Assembly: GCA_051294905.1 (NCBI GenBank)
Contig: CM119371.1
Location: 33,916,001-33,980,000 of the forward strand
Length of the DNA stretch: 64,000 nucleotides
Direction: 5' to 3'
Source: Botryllus schlosseri
Taxonomy: Eukaryota
Shown: positions 37,479-51,500 of the stretch, piece after piece
Position numbering within the stretch: position 1 is the stretch's first letter
How the letters are laid out: the number at the start of each line of letters is the position of its first letter
Notes under the pieces: model-generated
The model's database searches: none
What the model was told of the DNA's origin: nothing
The model's input: the letters and a program-made list of their open reading frames with translations, nothing else
Program-made: the position numbers and the translations under genes

Positions 37479-39575
37479 ATCTTTAATTTCAACCAACCAA
37501 AATATATAACAACAGACGGCAATGATGGTGGTACAGAAAATATGCATGCACATTGCACATTGCACACCATTCGGTATCAGATAGGAACGATCGACACGAC
37601 CTTGAGCAAGGGTCTCAGACTCAAATGTGCTCGCGGGGCAAATTCCTGGTTTTTGGTGACGCCGCGGGCCGTAGCATCAAAAATAGGAGTATTCAGTGTA
37701 TTTTCAAGTAGGCCTTATTTGCGGCACCTTTTAGACTGGCATTCCACACACATGGCAAAAATGTGATCTACTATCTCAATATTCAAGCCAGGTAAGAAAA
37801 AAATCGCATTTTCAAATAGCTAAATAAAATAGTTGTTTTACTTGGCATAACTTGCCAAAATAATGAAAAACAGACAAACCACCATCGATAGTGCACATGA
37901 GATATCGATGACCCATTTCGCATACAAATGATTCTCGCTAATTTGCAGTACGCTCCAAGCCTACAATTAAAGACGCTATCACGATACTAACTCAAGAATT
38001 ATTTTGTAAACGAATATGGGCGCAAATACAATTTATTTAAGAGAAAGAGAACGTGAATTCGCTCGTCTGGTCGAGAGAGAAGATGGTGTTTCTCAACGCA
38101 AGCGTGTCGAAATAGACGTCGTAAACGAGGTTGCTTCGGTTGTCTGATTACTAATCAGTTATTCATGGATTAGAATTCATTGAGGCGTTTCAAGCACTAG
38201 TTCGTCGTCGCCGACGAAGCTGCGTAGTGCGTATTCAATTATTCGCGCGCGTATCGGTTATTGGTAAATAGTTGGCATTTATGCGCCATTACGGACTCGC
38301 TAATTGACAGCGCTGATGATTTAAAATCGCAAAAGGCGGGCGTTTAATCTAATTGTATGGGGTGGCCACCACGCCATAAATGTGTCATTGTAAGGAAATG
38401 TCCAATCGCCCAACAATCCATTGATGTTACAGCTGTCGAGCCTACCACTTTGTCAATCGACGCCTTCAATGGGTGATATTACCATAAATAAGGACTAGAG
38501 CAGGAGTGATCAAACTTTGCAGCTCGCTGGCCGCATCGAACATATGAACTCAATTGCGGGTCGCATTATAGTATAATCGGAATTATAAGTCAAGGTGCGA
38601 ACGTTTATTTGATTAATATAGTATACATCGAGACATGGAGATAATACATAGATATGAATCATAACAATTTGAACGTTAATTTGATGATAACGCAAATGCG
38701 TCAGTAATATAAACGATATTTTACAAGTTGGCCATCTTTAATCATGTCGTCAAAATTAGAGATGGAAGTAGGTTGTGTCGAATATTGGGATAGGATGGAA
38801 ATTTCAATATGTTAGCAGCGATCGGGTCATACATATGCTGATTCTGCGTTTGGTTCAGAAAGCACAATACTGACATCATTATAACCAGCATGTTACCTTT
38901 AAATACCGTTTTAGCAAAAGGCTTTTGCCTTCTACACGGTCCTTTACCAGGACGACATCAACATCATTTACTGCTGTCTTCAACATTTGAATAATTCGGT
39001 TGATTTATTGGGTACCTCATAATTTGATACAATGGGCCTATAATTAGGATGTTCGGATTCAAGTCATGTTTAAAATAGGAGCGACGAAATCTTTACAATA
39101 ACGTCATAGTAAGACAAGTAATACATAATGCGTTACCTCCGACGCCGAGACAGAACTACCTATAAGTTGATTATTTATTGAGTGCAATGCATTCATCTTC
39201 AACTTTTCGCTTTTTGTAGTGATTTTGACCTTTCATTATTATTGATATGAGGCCGAAGTTAAGAACAATTTGCACCTAACTGTGCATAGGATGAATCTAC
39301 CCAACACCCACAGAATAGGTTTTTTTCCACGTACACCAATAAAAGTATGATTTCCAAGTTCTAACCCCAAATCACAATTTTAATCCGAATTAATTCATTA
39401 CCGTTTCAATTTTCTTTGATGTTTAGCAACCGAAACGTTTCAAAATGCGTGGGTCCCGACCCGAGGTCGGGCTACTGCACCAACCATAATAACAAAAAAT
39501 ACAATATTAGGAATAAAACTTAATCATTATCCTGATGAAATATCTTAGGATAAGTTTATCGAAATCCCTCTATAG

Positions 39576-39889
39576 CAGTGGCTCTCAAACGTGAGGAAAG
39601 GGGACGCGAAAGCATCTGAAGGGGGGCGCGAAGTCGCATTTAACTGAAAAATCATTCGTGCTCTGCTTGATTGACCTCCAGCCCATGGTGTTTACTCTGT
39701 CCATTGTCCCAATTTCATTTACGAATTATCTGATCAATAGCCATAACCTTTGATTCCATTAAACCGTCCGTTAGGAGGGCTAGCATTCTAATTTGTTACT
39801 TTAATATTTTGTGCTATCACGATAAGGAGCGCTCGAAATTTTTCACTATCAAAAAAGTAAGCGTGTTTGAAACAGTTTGAGAACCACTG
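39576..39889. mobile_element. hAT-type MITE
   Basis: cagtggctctcaaac / gtttgagaaccactg ends, degenerate TSD ctctatag/ctctattt. Confidence 0.75.
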
Positions 39890-41621
39890 CTCTATTTTTT
39901 ATTGATAAAACCTTAACAAACGATCATGGATCTTGATTTGGAGTTTTACAGACATAGTTTCAGATTGATCAAGTCGAAAATCCACGAATATGTCAAAATT
40001 TTCAATTTTTTTTACTTCCGCTATGATTTCGGAACATATCAGCGACGGACCAGCGGGGCTCATGCACTTTCGGCCCAAACTCATCACAGCCTTACGGAGA
40101 AAATAGCTTTTTAGTCCGAAAGGGCATGAAAACCGTGTTGGTCCGGGTTCGTCAAAATCAGATTTGAGACTTGGGCTTCGGCATTGATGCGTGGTTCGCA
40201 AAATGCCACTTTGGAAATATTAGTCACCTTATTAACTGTCATATGAAATGCATAAATACCTCAAATATGTGACCGGCGGTACTGAACATGAATAAATTGT
40301 TTCGTGAATTAGCATAAATTATAGAGTATTTTTTGAAAATTTATGCAACTTTTTCAAAATTTTTCGAGCTTTGCGCGATTTCAATTCGCCACATATCTTG
40401 ATTATTGGGTACTCTTCCCCAAGAAAAAATACGCAAGATTTATAGAAATGAGCATATCAGCGTTGGCCATGACCGCACCACAACGCACCAAGACATATAA
40501 AGTTTTAGGCCATGTAACATGTGACTCCAAGAAGTGTGTCAGAACGATCGGCAGCGAGAAAGCCTTGGCCGTAAAGGACTGCTTTTATGGTGACCAAAAA
40601 CTTCGAAATACCAAAAACTTCGTTATATATAGGCTACAAAATACAGATAGGTTTAATTATCCATAGCGGCGCCTAAATGACTGGCGCCGAATGTTCTTGT
40701 CTTGGCAATCTAAACTTCACAAGACAAATACCATCCCACAGGAAAGAAAATTATATGCCAATGAAGAAATACCAATCTGAAATCGTGTGATCTTTCAGTT
40801 TAGTAGGTTTGGGCAATTCTACATTTTTTGATATAGAAGACATCAGGAGGTCACAAAATAACATCATGTAAAGAAGTCATACCTTGGGGTCCGCCCGCCC
40901 GAAGATGTTTAACTTTACGGAGTCTGCAGTTTCAAAGACACCTCTCACTCAGCTCTACCGGTAAATCTGATTACGTGGGCAAAGAGGACAACCATGCGAT
41001 TCCCGATCGTATTCACCGATTTTATCATGAATTATTGAAATATTCGCGCATCCCGCTGTCTCACTAAACAGTACAACTTTAATTTCATGGCAAAAGCGAA
41101 CAATGTGATGCGGGGTCAGTTTACCACCCTATGGGAGCCCGGGGTCCTGACGAAGTGCTGTTACGTTCCTGCCAACCGGTATACACTCGGAGATGTTTAA
41201 TTACTATATTGAGGGGGCCTATACCTCATCAAACACACCTCACTCAGCTCTACCGGTAAATCAGATTTTGTGAACAGAGACGGGATGAAAATTGATAGCA
41301 ATACATGCAATTCCCGATCATATTGACCGATTCAGTCATGAAACTAAAGAAATTTCTCGCGCTTCGCGCGTTTATGCGAGAAAATCTGATTCACTCAACG
41401 GACACCCAATGCAGCAGATAAGTAGCGGTAAACAGTGTACAGTTTTGAAATCTCGCCAGGGCAATAAGACTACTCCGAAATAGCCATGATGACTGTTTGG
41501 GTCCGTTTCATAGCCCCAGTATTCGTGCGGCTCCGACCGTACTCTGAAATTCTAAATTTGGCCCTCACACCAAAAAAGTTTGCGAACCACTGGTATAGAA
41601 TATCACAGTGTTGGGTAGGCC

Positions 41622-42508
41622 CAGAGGTGGTCAGTAACGAAGTTCTTCTACTTTTTAGAAGTACTCAAGTAGTTTTCCTCTATACCTCTGGTACTTACTC
41701 AAGCAGATCCGATTTTCACTACTTCTCCTTCTACTTCGTAATATTTAGTGATCTACATACTTACTTTTCGCTATTTTCAGTTTGTCAATTAGAAGTAGTT
41801 TAATCCTCAATACGAAAGATAGCCCGAGGAATTTCGGGGCTGTTTTCAAGAAGTACCAACATTTAATATTCATAAAAGTCAAGTGAAGCCCAGAAATTTT
41901 GTTGCGCTTTGCGCACAGTAGTTATTGAGTGACATATATGTTTTCACGAAAGTGTCAGTGAATATAATTTAGGTACCGGATTGCTTATGGTTCCGCTCAC
42001 ACCGCATTGTCGCCCATATCAAATATTTCATCACAGTAAATATGGCTCACCATAACGTTTGAAACTACCGTTTCGCAATCTAGAAATTACCTATCCTGTC
42101 GTTATCTAGCAGCCCATGACGTGTCCTGCTTATCTGGAAAATACGACTTTTTGGAACGTTACACCTGATTTAGCAGTTCACCTTTGAAGCTTTATGGACA
42201 AAAGACATGAAATATATTTTCCGCTTTTTAGAAGTGTTATTTGTATTTCACTTTCAATTCCGAGTATGATACTCAGAGTATAATACTTTGAGTTCTAATT
42301 GCTTTCAATTATATACAGAACATACATGTAGAAGCATAAAAGCAAGTGTAGTAATGCTTCTATTTTCCGAAAATAAAGCTACACTTAATATATATTTTAC
42401 GATCCACTATATTTGTTCTTCACGTATACTAATCGCGCAAAGTGTTGAAACCGTATCCGATACAGCTTCTCCGTATTGCTCTTCGCCTAAACTTGGGGCC
42501 TTATAATA
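41622..42508 (+). mobile_element. Truncated copy of the MITE at 543-1604
   Basis: 41857-42508 closely matches 552-1202. Left terminus cagaggtggtca. Confidence 0.8.
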
Positions 42509-42598
42509 TAAGTCAAGAGTGCTTGCCCGTTTCGCTATAAATAACAATCAATAACAATGTTTTTTATCATGCCAGGTTTTAGTTTTATAGAAATTGTC

Positions 42599-45500
42599 AT
42601 GTTTAAACTGCCCATCAGGATTCGTCGTAGGCGATTTTCATTCGCCTGTATAGCAACAGCACTGATGTTATATTTATTGACCTCACCGTCAACAGGACTG
42701 AATAAGGACGCTTTACACAGAAAATGGGCTACAGGCCTTTCGTCACTTACTCCAAAATATGTCAAGGTAGGTTGAGGTCGCTGGGTGTCCGTTATGTATA
42801 GTTGTATAGGTCTTTATTTCTGTCACCTAATAGGAACGATTTCTGCGATAAAAACTGCAAATGTGATTTGTAGACAGCCGCATGGTTATATGACTTTTAT
42901 GGAAAATATCATCACAGAACAGATACAGTAATATAAGTCTCATTATGTTAATAGACACTCCCTGGGTTTGATAGCGTTTAATATTTTAATCTGTATGATA
43001 TGAATTCAGGAGTTACATAGCCTACAAACTTGAAAATGTGTCTCTTTTCCTACAGTACAACTGTCCTGAATTCTTGATTTGGATTTGAGAGTTAATTCAA
43101 CTAATACAATTGCACTTCCTGCTATTGAGCCGATCGGGTTCGCCAGTGTATGATCAAATCCCGACACTTTTGATGGGTTGTATGAAACGATCTGCACACA
43201 CTATGACTTGAGTCGAAAAAAACCCACAACAATGTGCTTCAACGCGAGATCAACGAGCTCCCCACATATGATCTTGCGATTAAACCCTTTCTTGGGATTG
43301 TTTTCCACATTTATCATCTGTTGAATTCAACCTAAAGCTCTATAAGACTTAAGGCCCTAAGGTGCAGCTGGAATCACAAAATTTTCCATTTTTTTTATTG
43401 CAGAATCATAAAGTATGAAACTAGTTCTTTTCAAAAATGTATTGCTCTTGTCTGATTTCGAATTAGAAGTATGGTAAAATACGATTTGAAATCTCCCATT
43501 TTCAGATAAAGTCGCCCCCCATACACTTTCATTCATTTAAACTCGCTCAAAATTGTCTATTAGCACTCTGCTATGCTGATTTTATACAATAGATAGAAGA
43601 TCCATATGTCTAATCGATGAAGCGTGACTTTCAAAACATTCAGCTGGCCAGCAGCCGATCGCTCACCTGGGAAGAGCTGAAAGTTGTTGATAATATGAGC
43701 GATGTTTATCCTATTGTATATTTTTCAAGATTGCATTGGTAAATTGTTGATAGCTATTAACTAATCGCTTATTTGACGATTAGGACAAAGACATACACTA
43801 CGAAGTCATTTGGCATAGGAAAAGATAAGACCATGGTAGAAAAGAACCAGTGGTTGTCTGAACTGAACAATCGAAGAAATCTTTTGAAAAAGATTGGAGC
43901 TTTCACCGCCTTCGGATTCGGCGGAATCATTTTTCCTCGCAATTTCTACAGTTTTGATGCAGTTTTTCTAACAATTGTGAATTGCCTGACTGTGGCTGAT
44001 CCGGCAAAGGATATTGGAACTGCACAGGCTATATGTATAGGGGTTATGCAACTCAAATTAGTGTCGGAGTGTATGATGAAATTGATGCTCAAAATTGCAT
44101 GTTTGAAAAATCTCGGGGGGGGGGGGCATATGGGTGTATTATCTTGACTCATACCAACTGAAATGGGTATTTTGACAATGTCGAAGTATTCTTGATATGT
44201 TGTTTCATTTTCACAACATCTAACTGATGTCCAATTCAAGGTTTGCAATTTTTTTAAGTCTGGTATAGCAGTTTTAAGTAAAAAATCATCAAATAACTCA
44301 TACTCTATACGACTTATTTTACATTTAGGCACATTAAATTGTCTTCAAATTTGGCTATGTACTGTTTAAAGCAGAGGTCTCAAACTCAAATGTGCTCGCG
44401 GGCCAGTTTTCCAGTTTTGACGACGCCGCGGGCCGCAGCATTTTTGGGTTATTCTATGTCTTTCCAAGTAGGCCTTATTTGGCGGTAATGAATTTTCCTA
44501 TTGAAAGTGAGCCGATCCAACAGACTGACACTGAACACACATCGTCAAAATATGATTTACTCTAATATCAATTTAGGCCTGGCACGAATAGAATCATCAC
44601 ATTTATAACTATTTGAATATAATTGTTGTGGTACTAGATATATATTAATTAAAAGATATACACACCATATGGCGGACAAATGTCTGATACCATCATAAAA
44701 GCTATCGGGTTATTATTTTCAGCTACTATAAATATTTTGAATTTAACAGATTGATAATAGAAACTGATCTGATATCAAAACAATAGTTGAGCATTGTAAT
44801 TCCAATCCATGATTTGGGTATACTTCTGATAAATAGGCTATTAATCTCATGGCCATATATCTTCAAATATAGGAGCAGAAAAATATAAATATAATATAAA
44901 TATATTAATGAATGTGTCCCAGTGATTGAAATGTCGGAACGCCGAACGGCCCATTGCTGTTACATCGTTGGAGCGTCCCACCACGGTAGCTACCAAAGAT
45001 GTAACTAACAGATTGCCTATGGTTGCCATACCAACTTGCTTAGTTAGCGAAATACCAAGCTGCGACTTTCTGATCTATTATTCCCCTGATACGCGAAGTT
45101 TGTTGTGTCCATGGTTCTAACAAATTCACGGCATTCCAAGTCACTCCAAGTCCACTCGAGTCATTTTCATTTTGCCATCGAGTTAGCCCGAGTCTGAGTA
45201 ATGTAGTAAAGTTCGCGTCTAAGTCCAACTCACAAATTTCAGTCACGAATCGTCTAAGGGTCGCGATTTGTCATCACGAATTGGAAATGTGGCGAATTAG
45301 TGAAACTTCCACTGCATGGTAGCGTTTGCAATTGATGTGATAGTGAAGTTTGATGAATAGTTAGAGGCTTTCGGAGCAATCTAAGAGGGAATTTTCACTT
45401 TATAACCTGGAAAGATATATGTGACACTTATATATTGTCAAATTAATAAAAATCTAAAATGTCGTCGCGGGCCGCACGAAATGCTCTGGCGGGCCGCGTG

Positions 45501-48500
45501 TTTGAGACCTCTGGTTTAAAGCATGCCTGCGCCATTTAGAAGCAACAAATTTCCAATACCTGCTTTAATTTTTCACCAAAATATTTTTCAATTTTCAAAG
45601 TTGATTTTCTCCCATTTCTAGTTTTTGGTAATGATGTCACGGGGACAGGACATTTTGAAGACCTTCAATCCTGATCAAACTTGGCTCAGTACAAGCAGTA
45701 AGACTGTCCTACCTGCTGAACTTATTGTTTTTGCTATAGGAGTTTTAGTGTACTTACCATGCTACTTATGATCTGAATTTTATGAAAAAAAATCGAAAAT
45801 TCGACACCGTACTGGTACCAAACAAATATTTTGGTAATTGTTCCGAAAATTCGTTAGTTTCAAGCAGTTCAGCAGGTGCTTAGAGGCCTCAAGACACTTT
45901 ATGAAGCATTGGTTAGAATATTTCAGCATCCATCGATGAGACAGGCGTTTCCTCGTGCTAACCCTCCGATTCACCAATCTCCCCCCCCCCCCAATTTGGG
46001 CCCAAGGAATTATTCTAAAATGCTGAAATTTATACAGTATATGAAGTTCGGTATGAATAGCTTACACACCAATTTTTGAGAATCTAGGATTGACTGTTTA
46101 TAAAATATCGCAATTTGAAAATTTTGCGAGTCTAGCTGCACCTTAGGGCCTTAAGGCCGATCTCTATTCAAACCATAGTTAAAACCGTTACAACCCAAGT
46201 TGAATCTCAGTTTGATCCCAACTATGAGTTCAAAATTTGTTGTTTCATGCAGAACTTTAACTCTTCATTGTTAAGGCAGAACGACGATATCATCAGGCAG
46301 CATGCTCCCGAGACTCCTGTTGAGAAAGATGATCTAGTGTACGTTAACGCAAAAGAATTCAATGATTTACGAGAAGCATGGCGAGCGCACGAGTTGACAC
46401 CGCGTGACGTCGACTTGGGCAAATTTCGGATAAAGGGCTGGTTTGGCAACGTGCAGACTGCGCATCTGTATTTGAGGCACAAAGCGGACGCGTTTATCAA
46501 GAAACACGCGAATCCTTGGCCAAAAAGTCGGAAAAAGCCGACTCTGATACCGTACAAGGTAATCTCTCCGATTTTGTAGTTTGTCACATGCAGTCGGAGC
46601 AGGGAGAAGGACAGGCTGATCGGAGTGAGGGTCGGTTTCTGGCAAATGATCCGACCTCGACTACTTCAAAATCAAACCAAGTGTTCTTGAACGTTACTAA
46701 AACTTGCTGCTGCACTTTTACAAGGTCCTCTCCGACTCGAGTCACGATTTTCTGATGACTCGACTTGACTCGAGTCCTTTTCTCAAAATACGGAAATGTC
46801 GACTCGAGTCAATCTGCGTATTGACTCGACTTTGACTCGAGTCATTGCGCGTGACTTGAACCAAGTCATATGACTCGAGTCACAGACTTCAATAACCCAC
46901 ATTTGATTGTAATTTCGAAGAATAGTAAAGTAACCACCCTATTCGGATTTCGTCTATTGGTGCTAGTACTTGCAAATGCGACCAGAAACTGCTAAAAGTG
47001 AGGAAAATCAGTATATTATAAATGCGAACCATTCAATATCACCAAACAGAGTTATAAAAAGTGAGTTTAACATGATTTTAACTGGAAACTGAGCAGTCAA
47101 CATATTGACTTGGACTCGGACTCGACTCGCAATACCATGACTCGGACTCGACTCGCAATACCATGACTCGGACTCGACCCTCTGCTCGATGACTTGGACT
47201 CGGACTTGACTCGGTGAGGAGTTGAAAATGACTGGACTTGACGCGAGTCAAAACTATAAAAATGAGATTGACTTGTGACTCGTAACCTTGTGACGTGGTT
47301 ACAACCCAAGTATCGGCTTGTTCGGGGGCCGCAATTTAGTTCTACGAGCACAATTTTTTTAATTCAGAAAATTAGGTTGATTCATTTGATTATAACAATC
47401 AAACTAAATAAAAGTATAACTTTCTTAGTAGATTTATAGGAATGTTGGAGTCGAAGTTACAATTCTGTGAATAAAATATCAAGAGTCGGTGCATTTGAAT
47501 ATTCCGTAATCGGAATCTTATTTGGTTTTGGGGCTACAGCGAACCATCTCGTTAACTACATCTCGTTAACTACTGGTATGAAATATCTAGCTGCGATGGA
47601 CTTCATGTTCATGAATGAGCTTTGGTAATATTACTATTATTTTGTACCAGTTTTGGGATGACTCGACTCACCTTGTTCGTATGACTTGACTTGACTCGAG
47701 TCACTTTGCAGAAAATGACTTGACTTGGCTTGATTCGACGCTTCAAAAATGTGGATTGCTCGTGCATCAGGGTAAAATTTTTCAAGTGAATTTTGTGTTG
47801 CATGAATTTCAGCAAATATCACATCCATATTAAACGAGCGCTTAAACGAGCGACCCAGATTTAGCCCGTTCGCGACCTATCTTTGGGTCGCGACCGATAC
47901 TTTAAGAACCCCTATGTATAACGTCCTAAAATTGCAGAGACCTCCCGCCCAGACGAGTCAGATCAAATCTCTCATCCGCGACATTGATATGAAGCTTAAG
48001 CCGGAAGAGATTGAGACAAATCTAATGGAAGAGAATATGAGGAGATATAAGCTTGGGGATGAAGACATCATGAAGGTTAGTCGTTGTTGATTCTGACTGG
48101 TTTCACATGATTTATCTCTTTACACATATAGTGTGCAATATCAAATACAAATCGCCATTGACGAGTGTCATAATGCTGAGGATTTCAGAATTGCGAGTTA
48201 TGATTAGTTATTACCCATTAGTTTGAGTCACTTTTGGTATGGATTCGAAGTCATATGACTCATGATATGTTTCAAGTCAAATATTGTTATAGCCTATCTC
48301 GGGAGCGAAATATTTACTCGAACCTACTCAGAGTCGCGATCCGATCATACTGACTTGAGCTCGAGACTGAACACTGAACATTATAAATTTGACTGCGACT
48401 CCCCAGACTCGACTTTAGCTACTACGACGACAACAATTTTGTAAGCTGACCTCAATTGGTGGATTGAAAATGACTCGACACAAGAAAGCCGAAGTGAAGA

Positions 48501-51500
48501 CCTTTTTCAAGACCACAAATTACCGATCAAAGTGGTGACCATTTTTTAGTCGTTACGCACTTTTGTCCGAAGGACCGCGCACGGACTTGATGATTGCACG
48601 TTAGGGTTGTTCAGATTTGAAAAATTGTCAGGAAACTTCGATGTTTGTGATCCAAATGATGGTTTAGTACATAAAAACACTTTTATGAGGAAATTGTGTC
48701 GTTTCCATCGTGATCTTCTGTCCCCGAAAAGCCCCCAAATATCCACGGGGCAATTCTCCTTACTACTTGATCTGTAGCGCTGACCATGTCACCGGTTTAT
48801 ACATTTTGTGACGTTATCAGTTCAACACGGCCATGTAGAGATGATATATTGAAATAAAATAGATATGTTTTCAAAATTGTACCTAAATGCGGTCCTACAA
48901 AGGCCACATGCATCTCCGTTTTTCTCGGCACATCCTGTCTGTCATGTTCATGGGAATCGTGTGGTTGCGCGGTGTACATGGGTTGTTTTGGATCGTACGT
49001 TGTAGAAGCGCCGTCGGGTGGCAAGTCGAGAACAAATGCAGATGTTTCCAGCTAGTTTTCAGACAGAAGATATTAGTCATGGTAGGTAATGTCATGAATA
49101 ATTTTCTGATCATAAAATCGTCTGTAAAATACTGAGTTATCATATTTTATGGTAGACTGCAATGCTGTTAGAGAATAATGACATGAACAATTCATCAAAC
49201 ACAGTGTTCTGCGTTTGCCTTTTAGGTATTCTCGTCATATTCCATACTTTGACAACCTCTTCAACAGTCAGAAGAGCACAGTCCTGCGTTGTGGTAGACT
49301 TGGGGCAATTTTCTCTCAGATATAGCAAATACTGTAGAACCTGATCTAGAGTCGGCAACTCGGAGTGATTAATACACTCAAATGAATATCCGACCGAATA
49401 GTGAGGAGACCAAATAGAGAGCACACTTAAATCTTGTTCATTGTGGGTCCGGCAAAACCCTGCTCCGCTTTGTTTTGGGCATTCTTTTTCAACTAAATTG
49501 CAGTCTACCATAAAATAAGATAACTCGGTATTTTACGGATGATTCAAAGTTCAGAAAAGTATTACGGATATTACATACCTTTATGCAATATCTCCTGGCT
49601 AAAAACTAGAAGGAAAGAAGCAGGAAATGTCCGCATTTGTCCTCGATTTGCAACCCAACGGCACTTCTTCAACGCACGATCTAAAACAAGCCGATGTCAA
49701 CAGTGCAACCAATACATGATTCCCATGAACATGATAAACTGGTTATGCAGAGGAAAACTGAGATGCACGTGACCTTTTTATGACTGCATCCAAGTACAAT
49801 TTTGAACACTAAACTATTTTATTGCCATATCTCATCTCTATACGGTCGTTTTCATCTGATAACGCCACACAAGCTATAAACCGGTGACATGGTCAACACT
49901 ACGGCTCCAGTAGTAAGGAGAATTGCCCCGTGGATCTTTGGTTTTTTTTCGGGGATAAAAGGTCACGGTGAAAATGACCAAAATTGCTCGTAAACGTGTT
50001 TTTATGTACTAAGCCGGGGCCTACGATAACTAAGTTATCGTAGGCTCCGACTAAACCATCATTTGGATCACAAGCATCGAAGTTTCCTGACAATTTTTCA
50101 AATCTTAGCAACCCTAGTGCGCGCAAACTCGTGAAAAATTAGAGGGAACATTAGTCACAACTATAAAATGTGAGGTGACGAGATAGCGTAGTTGTTTATT
50201 ACGCAGCTACACGAACAATGGATTGTGGGTTCGAGTCCGACCAGGATCCACTACAGAATTCCTACCGCAGTGTTGGAGGTTTATCTGGGCTCCACATCAT
50301 CATCTCATCCGGGTAAGCGGTGTCTTATAAAAAGCCTAGATGTTGGCCGTGTCACAAGTCGGCAGCTACGAAACAAAAATGAGAAGATTTGCCTGGTGTA
50401 AATGACCATAGTAGTCGACAAACACAATGAATACCTCAAGCAAACGAACAAAAGAAGATACGCGTCTTGATCTCTGCACTCAGTGTTGGGAACGTTCGAG
50501 CGGGAAGTCAAATCGAGTCATTGTATATTTTGACTCGAGTCTAATCAAGTCACTCGATATTGGAAGGAGCGCCGCAACACGTTTTCGTTCATGGAGAACT
50601 TATCAAGAAAGGCTTTGATCTTCGGTGATTTCAATGCGCACCACTGGGTGTGGAGTGGGGACGTAACAGACGAGGTACATACCTATACGATGCATTAGAT
50701 AAATATACGATCGTCTCTCTCAATCTCCATTCACCGACTCATATGAATACAGCGTGCAATGCTGTACGCAGATGGTCGCTTCTTGACCTGTCATTAGCAT
50801 CAGCGGATATCGCAAACAAATGCTCGACGCACGTAACTACCGATATTCTGGATAGTGATCACCTTATAGTGCTTACCACGTATATGTGCAGAACCCAGAG
50901 AGCGAAAATAAAGCCACCCAGCTGGCCACTCGGTAAAGCAGATTGGGAAACATTCAGAAATAATGTAGGTACCAATAGTCATTCAGAATCGAATGCTAGT
51001 ATTGATGCCGTTGTAAATGAATTCACGGAAAGCATTCTCCATGCTGCTAGTATATCAATTCCTATGACTCGCAACCATCGGAAATCTCCGAATCCTTGGT
51101 GGAATGAAGAGTGCTCAAGGGCTGTAAGAAAGTAGAAAGCAGCATTTATGAAAATGAAAAGAACATTTAACCAGCATGACATTCTTCAATTCAAAAGGGA
51201 ACGTGCTCGATGTAAAAGGGTAATATTGACGTCAAAGCGAGATTCTTGGAGGGCTTTCTGTGGAACCCTTGAAGCACGCGCTAATCTACAAAAGGTATGG
51301 AAAGTAGTTCATTCAATTTCCAATATACATAATCACCGTGGGGTACCTTCATTGAAAGTAAATGATAATTTAACTACAGCCGACCATGAAATCGCTAATG
51401 AGATTGCTTCAACGTTCAAAGATATAAGCAGTGATTCGAATTTCCCGTCGAACTTTATTGCAACGAGACAAAGTCTTCTTTTGACTTATTGTGACAGTGG

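Noticed and set aside
43773..44332. Kolobok transposase ORFs
   Set aside because: ORFs on both strands lack recognisable catalytic motifs.
46720..48490. Dense gactcgagtc palindromic repeats as a novel array
   Set aside because: Typical subterminal transposase-binding repeats of fragmented hAT MITEs. Boundaries could not be resolved.
50175..50250. tRNA gene
   Set aside because: Has A/B boxes but no convincing cloverleaf, and continues into a repeated body. It is a SINE head.
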